Made by a program: the position numbers and the translations under genes. A stretch of DNA of 32,000 bases from NCBI RefSeq assembly GCF_001735745.1, contig NZ_CP017260.1, positions 1,410,001 to 1,442,000 of the forward strand, in the 5' to 3' direction. A model generated the notes under the pieces. That model had not been told where the DNA came from. It searched no databases and saw only the letters and a program-made list of their open reading frames with translations. Of this stretch, positions 25,353 to 32,000 are shown piece by piece (the first letter of the stretch is position 1; every line of letters begins with the position of its first letter). Origin of the DNA: Formosa sp. Hel1_33_131. Its GTDB lineage: Bacteria > Bacteroidota > Bacteroidia > Flavobacteriales > Flavobacteriaceae.

Positions 25353-26240
25353 ATGAAAAACATAAAAAACGTATTAAGCCTTTTTCTTTCTTTGGCACTT
25401 CTGATGAGCTGTCAAGAAGATGATCGTACCATAGGAGAAATTAAAGCACCGAGCAACATTGAAATATCTGCAACTTATATTGATGATGGAACGGCATCTG
25501 CTGCTCCTGGATTGGGAAGTGGCGTTGTAGAATTTACGGCTTCAGCAACCAATGCAACTGCATTTCACTTTGTAATACAAGGAGTAAAGGCGCTTCAAAC
25601 AGATGGAGTTCTATCACATAGTTTTACGTTACTGGGGACAAATACGTATGCGGTTACTGTAATTGCTTATGGAACAGGAGGAGTCTCTACAAGTAGAACC
25701 ATGGAAGTTGAGGTTTTGTCACTTTATGACCCGCCAGTAGATTTGCTTGAAATGCTCCACGCAAATAGTTCAAGAACTTGGAAAATAGCTTCTGAAGTTG
25801 ATAAGCATTTTGGATTAGGACCTGTCGGAGGAACAGCCAATGCTGAATGGTATGGCGCAGGACCAGGAGATAAAGTGGATACAGGTATGTATGACGATAG
25901 ATATACGTTTAATGCAGATGGCACCTTCACCCACGATGTAGGTCCAGATGGGTTTGTGTTTGGTCGCGAGGTTTTAATTGATGAACTAGGGGGGTCTGGT
26001 GGCATTGTCAACGGTGCAGATATAGAACAATATGTATTTGGTTCTTACGACGCTAATTATTCGTTAACAGCGCCCGGGGCCGTAGAAACTATAAATCTAA
26101 GTGGCCTTGGTTTTGTTGGATATTACGCTGGAGGAAATCATAAATATGAAATTCACAGCCGTTCAGCAAATGAAATGATAATTAAAACAACCGATGGAAA
26201 CGTTGAGTTTGATTGGTGGTTTACGCTTATTCCTGAGTAA
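25353..26240 (+). CDS. surface lipoprotein with an Ig-like module plus a C-terminal domain of unknown function (candidate second glycan-binding protein)
   Basis: Lipobox (LLMSCQEDD). One APSN-initiated Ig-like module is related to those of the preceding gene. The C-terminal domain carries W.I......FGLGP......WYGAGPGDK...MYDDRYTFNADGTF. Confidence 0.7.
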   Translation: MKNIKNVLSLFLSLALLMSCQEDDRTIGEIKAPSNIEISATYIDDGTASAAPGLGSGVVEFTASATNATAFHFVIQGVKALQTDGVLSHSFTLLGTNTYAVTVIAYGTGGVSTSRTMEVEVLSLYDPPVDLLEMLHANSSRTWKIASEVDKHFGLGPVGGTANAEWYGAGPGDKVDTGMYDDRYTFNADGTFTHDVGPDGFVFGREVLIDELGGSGGIVNGADIEQYVFGSYDANYSLTAPGAVETINLSGLGFVGYYAGGNHKYEIHSRSANEMIIKTTDGNVEFDWWFTLIPE

Positions 26241-26254
26241 AATTAAGGATATAT

Positions 26255-26384
26255 GAGGTTGTCTGAAAAAGCTTTGCTTTGTCAATCTGAACTCGTTTCA
26301 GATTCTAAAAAAAGTTGAATTTCAGTTAATTGTCATTCTGAAATAAATTTAGAATGACAAATTTTCTACTTTCCAGACAGCCTC
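26255..26384. mobile_element. MITE-like / REP-like intergenic hairpin element, copy 2 (130 bp)
   Basis: Terminal inverted repeats gaggttgtctgaaaaag / cagacagcctc. Hairpin aatctgaa-ctcg-ttcagatt (26284-26303). A second hairpin is tgtcattct-gaaataaattt-agaatgaca. It is homologous to 9675-9825 and again lies in a convergent gene gap. Confidence 0.7.
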
Positions 26385-26528
26385 ATTTTTTAACTAATAG
26401 CTAAAGCACAAAATATTTTTAGTCCCTAAAACTACTTATCCTGAAGGCAATTCAAGCGTTTATGGTATTAGAGGTTTTGATATCCACCAACAAATAACCC
26501 AATAAAATCAAATAAGCCTCAGTACAAC

Positions 26529-28220
26529 TCACATCCCTTTCGGAATGGCCGCTATCAACGCTTTGGTATATGCCTTTTGAGGCGATTCATAAATAGCATC
26601 TGCTTCGCCAAGCTCCTCTATTTTTCCTTTATTCATCACCATCAATTGATCGGACATAAACTTTACTACAGACAAATCGTGGGAGATGAAAATATAGGTA
26701 AATCCATAATCTTCTTTTAGTGCATTTAACAAATTCAGTACTTGTGCTTGAACCGAAATATCTAGCGCAGATACCGATTCATCACAGATAATTAATTTCG
26801 GCTCAACCGCGATGGTCCGGGCAATGCCAATCCGTTGCCGTTGTCCTCCAGAAAACTCGTGCGGATAGCGGTCAAAATGGGATGCTTCTAGTCCTACCTT
26901 TTCTAAAATTTCAATAGTTTTTGCTTTGCGTTCTGCGTCGGAGCTAAACAGCTTATGAACTCTCATGGGCTCCATAATCGCTTTTCCCACCGTTAGGCGT
27001 GGATTGAGAGAGGCATAGGGATCTTGAAAAATAATCTGAATTTCTTTACGTAACGAACGCAACTCTTTTTTGTTGAGGTTTGTAATGTCGTTGCCTTTAT
27101 ACTTTAGAGTGCCAGCCGTGGCTTTGTCGAGTTGTAAAATGGCCTTTCCAAGGGTTGATTTCCCACAACCAGACTCGCCCACAAGTCCCATTGTTTCTCC
27201 TGCATAGACCTTAAAATTTACGGCATCTACCGCCTTAAAAGCAGTTCTTGTTCCAAAAAAGGAAGCTTTTGAAAAATATGTTTTTTCAAGATTTATTACT
27301 TCTAATAGGGGTGCTTGGCTATAAATTTCTTTATGTTTTTTAGCCCGAGTACTTTTTGAAATGACCGTTTTTGAAATGGTGTCAGATAAAAAATCACTGA
27401 TGGTGGGCAGTCGTTTTAAACGTGATTTGAGGGTTGGGCGTGCGCCAATAAGTGCTTTTGTATAATCTTCTTTGGGGGTTTTAAAAACGGATTTTGTAGT
27501 GCCACTTTCTACAATGTTTCCTTTATACATCACTAGGATGCGATCGGCAATTTCAGAGACCAAAGCCAAATCGTGACTGATAAAAATCACACTCATTTTG
27601 GATTCTTTTTGCAGACTTTTTAAGAGCGCAATAATGTCTTTTTGAACCGTCACATCCAAGGCCGTTGTGGGTTCGTCAGCGATCAGAATATCAGGTTTAC
27701 ATGCAATTGCCATGGCAATCATCACACGCTGTTGTTGCCCTCCAGAAATTTCATGCGGATATTTGTTAAAAGTTTCGTCAGGTGTTGGGATTTTTACATC
27801 ATTAAACAAACGCATCACTTCGTTCTTTGCCTCCTTTTGCGCGATGGAGGAGTGCTGTAACAAGATTTCTTCAACTTGTTTCCCGCAACACATAGAAGGG
27901 TTTAGAGCACTCATAGGCTCTTGAAATATCATTGCTATTTTTTGACCACGAAGACTCTCTAATTGTGTCTGCGAGTATTGAAGAATGTCTTCATTTTTAA
28001 ATGTAATTTCACCAGAACTAATCACACTATTTTTAGGAGGCAATAAGCCCATAATCGCGAGGGACGCCACCGATTTTCCACTTCCAGATTCGCCTACAAT
28101 TCCAAGAATTTCATTTGGAAACAAATCGTAGGATATGCCATGCAAAACTTCGTTTAAACCCGTATTGGATTTAAAAGCGACGCTAAGGTTTTGAATACTT
28201 AAAACAGGTGTTTGTTTCAT
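26529..28220 (-). CDS. ABC ATPase with two fused nucleotide-binding domains (DppD/DppF-YejF-like), no adjacent permease
   Basis: Two Walker A motifs (GESGSGKS, GESGCGKS), two signature motifs (SGGQQQR, SGGQRQR), two Walker B motifs (ILIADEPT, LIICDESV), and oligopeptide-type C-terminal motifs (YTKALI). Confidence 0.9.
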   Translation of the reverse strand: MKQTPVLSIQNLSVAFKSNTGLNEVLHGISYDLFPNEILGIVGESGSGKSVASLAIMGLLPPKNSVISSGEITFKNEDILQYSQTQLESLRGQKIAMIFQEPMSALNPSMCCGKQVEEILLQHSSIAQKEAKNEVMRLFNDVKIPTPDETFNKYPHEISGGQQQRVMIAMAIACKPDILIADEPTTALDVTVQKDIIALLKSLQKESKMSVIFISHDLALVSEIADRILVMYKGNIVESGTTKSVFKTPKEDYTKALIGARPTLKSRLKRLPTISDFLSDTISKTVISKSTRAKKHKEIYSQAPLLEVINLEKTYFSKASFFGTRTAFKAVDAVNFKVYAGETMGLVGESGCGKSTLGKAILQLDKATAGTLKYKGNDITNLNKKELRSLRKEIQIIFQDPYASLNPRLTVGKAIMEPMRVHKLFSSDAERKAKTIEILEKVGLEASHFDRYPHEFSGGQRQRIGIARTIAVEPKLIICDESVSALDISVQAQVLNLLNALKEDYGFTYIFISHDLSVVKFMSDQLMVMNKGKIEELGEADAIYESPQKAYTKALIAAIPKGM

Positions 28221-28223
28221 TGC

Positions 28224-28937
28224 TTAAATATAAGCAATTTCATCCGTTTCTAATAAGGCCTCTCCACGGAGTCTTAAAATAATTTGTGCCACGGCTATGG
28301 TGTCTTTTTGACAATAGGTCACAATCCGCTCAACATCATTATCCTCATAGTACACCCGAAATATTTCACTGCCATCAATGTCATCTTTTGGAGAGGGGAT
28401 TCCCAACACACTGGTCAATAATTTCAGGGAAGTATAATGTTTATAATCTCCAAACTTCCACAATTCAAGGGTGTCAAGGTGGGGCACTTCCCAAGGTTTT
28501 TTCCCGAATAAATTTAGTTTTGGAGGCAATGCTATGTTATGGATGATCATTCTTCGCGCGATGTAAGGGAAATCAAATTCCTTTCCATTATGCGCACAGA
28601 GCAAATGTTTTGGTTTTGAAAAATGCGTTTCAATAAGTGTTTTAAACTCTAAAAGAAGGCTGCGTTCTTCGCCATAAAATGAGGTGATTCTAAACCGACG
28701 TTCCGAATTTACAAAGGCAAAATAGCCAACAGAAATACAGACAATCTTTCCAAACTCTGCCCAAATTCCGGCACGATCATAAAACGCTTCGGGACTGTAC
28801 TCTTCTTTGCGTTGGTATTTTGATTTTTGTTCCCAAAGCAGTTGTTTTTCTTCTGAGAGCTCTGAAAATTGAGCGGTTTCTGGAACCGTTTCAATGTCTA
28901 AAAATAGTAGATTTTCAAGGTTGAGTTTTTGGAGCAT
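28224..28937 (-). CDS. DEDD-type 3'-5' exonuclease related to the PolB exonuclease domain
   Basis: The FLDIETVP exo I motif near the N-terminus, NGKEFDFPYI (exo II-like) and YCQKDT (exo III-like) fit the PolB-exo2-type predicted exonuclease family. The start is ambiguous (ATG at 28937, 28982 or 29006). 28937 gives the usual N-terminus and a 23-nt overlap with the upstream gene. Confidence 0.75.
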   Translation of the reverse strand: MLQKLNLENLLFLDIETVPETAQFSELSEEKQLLWEQKSKYQRKEEYSPEAFYDRAGIWAEFGKIVCISVGYFAFVNSERRFRITSFYGEERSLLLEFKTLIETHFSKPKHLLCAHNGKEFDFPYIARRMIIHNIALPPKLNLFGKKPWEVPHLDTLELWKFGDYKHYTSLKLLTSVLGIPSPKDDIDGSEIFRVYYEDNDVERIVTYCQKDTIAVAQIILRLRGEALLETDEIAYI

Positions 28938-30075
28938 CGGATAACATTTTATAAGCTTCTTCGATGTAAACTGAAATATCATCAGAGAAAATTTGTGTGT
29001 CAGCATCAGGAGATTTTTGATGACCGAGCCTTACAATAATCACATTGTCAGTTGGCTCCACAATTACATATTGTCCCAAATGGCCTCGCATCATAAAAAA
29101 GGATTTATCACCCCGTTTTTGAAGCCACCATCCATACCCATATTGCGGACTTTCTGCAAATCGTGGGATTAAAGATTTGGCTACAAACGCAGAATCTAGC
29201 ACTTGTTTGCCATTCCATTTTCCATGGTCTTTATAAAGTTTTCCAAAGCGTGCAAAGTCTTTTGCGTTACTCGCAATGCAGCAGTAGGCTTTCACTAAAT
29301 CGTGTGCTTCGCTATCTACTTGCCAGAGTGTCGAATTTTCACTCCCTAAGGGCTTCCAGAAACTTTCTGTAAGATAATCGTATAGTTTTTTACCCGTCGC
29401 TTTTTCTATCACCATTGCCAATAATTGGGTGTCTCCACTTGCATATTTATACGACTGCCCAGGTTCATTTACCACCTTGAGTCCTAAAATTACTTTTTCT
29501 AAATCATCATCAAAATAGGCACGTGTTGTAATGGACAGTGGCGAATAATATTTCTCATCCCAATTGGTTCCTGAAGCCATAGAGGATAAATCTCCTACGG
29601 TCATTTGAGCGGCTAAGCCTTCACTAAACTCAGGAAAGAATTCTCCAACCGGCTGATCTAAACTTTTGATGTATCCATCGCTAATCGCTTTTCCTAAAAG
29701 GCCTGACACATAACTTTTGGCCATTGAAAATGAATTGGTTTTAGAATTTTTATCAAATCCATCGTAATAGTTTTCAAACCAAACACTGTCATTTTTTATG
29801 ATTACATAGGCAACAGTTCCTGTGGATTTATGATAATCGACTAAGGCATCCGTTTCTTTGACGCTGTTATAAGCTTCATGACTTGGCCATGGTTGAGGCA
29901 TCCCATTTTCAACAACTTCATTGTCAAATTCTTTATAATCTTCGAGATATGCGGTGCTGTAGCCCTTGGCATATATCGTACGCACAGCCTTTATAAGGTA
30001 ATCGGTATCTGTGATGTAAAGTGCCGCGATGAGCACTGCAATGAGAATAAATAAGCGTGTGATGAACTTCTTCAT
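28915..30075 (-). CDS. serine hydrolase of the beta-lactamase/transpeptidase-like family
   Basis: N-terminal membrane anchor or signal, SxxK motif (SFSMAKS), a Y(A)S(G)D region, and a class C/esterase-like length of 386 aa. Confidence 0.85.
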   Translation of the reverse strand: MKKFITRLFILIAVLIAALYITDTDYLIKAVRTIYAKGYSTAYLEDYKEFDNEVVENGMPQPWPSHEAYNSVKETDALVDYHKSTGTVAYVIIKNDSVWFENYYDGFDKNSKTNSFSMAKSYVSGLLGKAISDGYIKSLDQPVGEFFPEFSEGLAAQMTVGDLSSMASGTNWDEKYYSPLSITTRAYFDDDLEKVILGLKVVNEPGQSYKYASGDTQLLAMVIEKATGKKLYDYLTESFWKPLGSENSTLWQVDSEAHDLVKAYCCIASNAKDFARFGKLYKDHGKWNGKQVLDSAFVAKSLIPRFAESPQYGYGWWLQKRGDKSFFMMRGHLGQYVIVEPTDNVIIVRLGHQKSPDADTQIFSDDISVYIEEAYKMLSDAPKTQP

Positions 30076-30131
30076 TTATGTGTGTTTAGATTACGGTAAA
30101 TATAAATATAAATAAGACACACTCAAACGTC

Positions 30132-30995
30132 TTATTTTAGTAAATAAAATAGTCCAGCCTCATAACTTGGAGCCGCATAAATAACCTTTCCAGAGATGGC
30201 AGAATGGTAGCCCAAGCTAACCCCTAATTTTTTAGTGAATTTCCAAGCGACTTCGCCACCAATACTGATGAACTCTACATTGTTTGCAAAAATACTCCCA
30301 TTATTGTTGGAAGCGTTTAAGGAGCCGTTTTTCAAAGACTTTACCATATTGGAACGGAGTAAAAGCAATAATTTACTTCCAACAAAACTAGTGCCCACCT
30401 CAAGTCCAGCTTTGACTTCATCTGAAAAATTATTAGTTTTATTGTTAAAACCTAGGTACCCTTTGCCATAAAAAGAATGCTTAAAAAGTGAAAAGGACGT
30501 TCCGGCATTGAACCGAAGTTGCTGGTTAAATTCGCCATCACCCGTTTGATAACTTCCATCGCTGCCCCCTTTGCTATCCCCCGAAGGAATTCCTAGGGTT
30601 AGCGTCGTAGAAAAGGCGTGCTTCGATTTTTTAAATAAGCGGTATTCAATCCCCAAATCCATATCTCCAAAGCTGTTAAATGCTTCGCCTTCTAGCAGTG
30701 TTTCATTGGTGACACTAGACACTTGATGGTTTTGGTATGACTTTACAAAAAACGGAATGTAGGCAATCACATTCCAGTTATCGGAGAGACCATATTTTCC
30801 ATACAGGTTTAAATTAAAAATACCTCGTGTGGCGTTGGGGTCTATCTTTCCAGAATTGGTGTAATGTTGGTCTGCTTCAAGTGACCAAGCACTCAGCTTA
30901 AAATAGCCATTTCCTTTTTTTTCTAACCATTGTGCATGGGTGAAAAATTGACAGGTAAACACGAATAGTAGGCTTAAAACAATTGATTTCTTCAT
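30132..30995 (-). CDS. putative outer-membrane beta-barrel protein
   Basis: Signal peptide (LLFVFTCQFFTHAQ). Alternating hydrophobic/polar strands with many G/Y/N/S residues over 287 aa. Family not recognised with certainty. Confidence 0.55.
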   Translation of the reverse strand: MKKSIVLSLLFVFTCQFFTHAQWLEKKGNGYFKLSAWSLEADQHYTNSGKIDPNATRGIFNLNLYGKYGLSDNWNVIAYIPFFVKSYQNHQVSSVTNETLLEGEAFNSFGDMDLGIEYRLFKKSKHAFSTTLTLGIPSGDSKGGSDGSYQTGDGEFNQQLRFNAGTSFSLFKHSFYGKGYLGFNNKTNNFSDEVKAGLEVGTSFVGSKLLLLLRSNMVKSLKNGSLNASNNNGSIFANNVEFISIGGEVAWKFTKKLGVSLGYHSAISGKVIYAAPSYEAGLFYLLK

Positions 30996-31000
30996 AATAT

Positions 31001-31008
31001 GGGGGGGG
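31001..31008 (-). repeat. C8 (G8 on + strand) homopolymer inside the 13-nt spacer between two co-oriented genes
   Basis: The minus strand reads taa-cccccccc-atatt-atg. The tract abuts the upstream stop codon (31009-31011). Confidence 0.9.
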
Positions 31009-31701
31009 TTATTGAATTTGACCTTCTCCGACTTTTACGCCAAAGGGTTTGCACCAGTATAAGATGTAACTATAATCATATATACTAATGGTTGAGGGCA
31101 AGTCGTAGAAATGAGCACCTTGAAAAACAGTCACAGGGCCAATTTCGTAGGCATCTGCAATGGAGTTTGGATTGTTTCCAAGATAGATATACAACCCGGG
31201 TAAACTTGTAGAGGCTACATAATCATCGCCTAGCGAAAGTCTCAGGATGTCATTTTCATCCTCATGTACTTTTAAAACATAGCTTCCTCCAAGCTCGTAG
31301 TTACTTGTAGTGACTACCGTTCCTAAGAATTCTATGGATTCTGTTAATGTAGCTGTCGATACAGTCACAACGTCTTTATTGGTAATTGTCAGTGTTTCTT
31401 CTGGAGTCGTCAGGGTAGCAGTAACGGTTGCCATACCGAGACTCATTCCAGTAGCGAGTCCATTTTCTGAGATTGTTAAAACAGCAGCATCACTACTGCT
31501 CCAGCTTACATTAGGATTCTGAATCTCTTTCCCCACATAATTAAAATAGTTCACCTCAAATGGATGGGTGCCACCATTTTCTAATGTTATTAAAGGATTT
31601 GAAATGAATATTTTAGGATCAACACGATCGTTTTTATAATCTGTTTTTACACAGGAAAATAACGGTAGGATACACACCACCATGAGAATTGTTTTTTTCA
31701 T
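31009..31701 (-). CDS. lipoprotein with a Big_2 Ig-like domain and a C-terminal DM13 domain
   Basis: Lipobox (LPLFSCVK). Big_2 pattern: NVSWSSSDAAVLTISENGLATGMSLGMATVTATL. DM13-like pattern: LPGLYIYLGNNPNS...IGPVTVFQGAHFYDLP...YSYILYWCKPFGVKVGEG. Confidence 0.7.
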   Translation of the reverse strand: MKKTILMVVCILPLFSCVKTDYKNDRVDPKIFISNPLITLENGGTHPFEVNYFNYVGKEIQNPNVSWSSSDAAVLTISENGLATGMSLGMATVTATLTTPEETLTITNKDVVTVSTATLTESIEFLGTVVTTSNYELGGSYVLKVHEDENDILRLSLGDDYVASTSLPGLYIYLGNNPNSIADAYEIGPVTVFQGAHFYDLPSTISIYDYSYILYWCKPFGVKVGEGQIQ

Positions 31702-31785
31702 AATAGATATTTAAGGGTTTTGTAAAGCTAATAAAAACCTAAATAAAAAACAACAATTAACGTATTTTAGTAAAAAAAGAGGGTG

Positions 31786-32000
31786 TTAGCTTATGAGCTT
31801 CACAATGTCTTTAGCAAAATAACTTGCAATAATATCTGCTCCAGCACGCTTAAACGCCATGGTGGTTTCTAAAACTGCGGCATCGTGATTGAGCCATCCT
31901 TTTTCACTTGCCGCTTTGATCATGGCATATTCGCCACTCACTTGGTAAGCCGCCACAGGCACATCAAATTCATTTTTAATTTCACGGAGAATGTCTAAAT
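31786..32000 (-). CDS. hemB: porphobilinogen synthase (delta-aminolevulinate dehydratase), 3' end only
   Basis: Not in the ORF track because there is no in-window start. Hand translation of the minus strand gives LDILREIKNEFDVPVAAYQVSGEYAMIKAASEKGWLNHDAAVLETTMAFKRAGADIIASYFAKDIVKLIS*, which contains the HemB signatures AYQVSGEYAM and FKRAGAD. Confidence 0.85.
   Translation of the reverse strand, partial: LDILREIKNEFDVPVAAYQVSGEYAMIKAASEKGWLNHDAAVLETTMAFKRAGADIIASYFAKDIVKLIS

Noticed and set aside
1-32000. Search for CRISPR arrays, tRNA/rRNA genes, integrases, transposases and riboswitch-like leaders.
   Set aside because: I saw no regularly spaced short repeats, no cloverleaf-compatible segment in any intergenic gap, and no recombinase-like ORF. 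The absence is based on visual inspection only.

Overview
This window looks like chromosomal DNA from a Flavobacteriaceae-type Bacteroidota genome. The evidence is a gldH gliding-motility lipoprotein gene, a SusC/SusD pair, several exact TAnnTTTG -7 promoter boxes, A-rich start contexts without Shine-Dalgarno sequences, and lipobox lipoproteins. I support about 31 CDS, two of them cut by the window edges. Most are housekeeping: an M23/EnvC-like peptidase, an acyl-CoA thioesterase, a SPOR protein, a BI-1/YccA protein, dprA, trpS, a PlsC-like acyltransferase, recA, trhO, PSP1/RicT-gldH-PBP1A, two CoA-transferase subunits, a tandem-NBD ABC ATPase, a PolB-type exonuclease, a beta-lactamase-family hydrolase, and the hemB 3' end (not in the ORF track). 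Five things break up the backbone. (1) An AT-rich four-gene islet at 5546-8800 holds an overlapping UPF0158-like/DUF3024-like pair, an AAA+/DUF4143 ATPase bracketed by a 65-nt direct repeat, and an orphan protein with an HNH-like motif. (2) A small antitoxin/ParE-RelE-like toxin module has its toxin frame broken at an A10 run. (3) A four-gene SusC/SusD locus has no glycoside hydrolase or regulator, and its third gene carries three tandem ~150-aa beta-sandwich-like modules, two of them recently duplicated. (4) Two copies of a 130-150 bp MITE-like hairpin element sit in convergent gene gaps. (5) A Big_2+DM13 lipoprotein / beta-barrel pair is separated by a C8 tract. I found no rRNA, tRNA, CRISPR, integrase or transposase. 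All family assignments come from motif recognition by eye; no searches were run. I cannot show that any one locus is a new system. The islet at 5546-8800 and the enzyme-less SusC/D locus are the best candidates.
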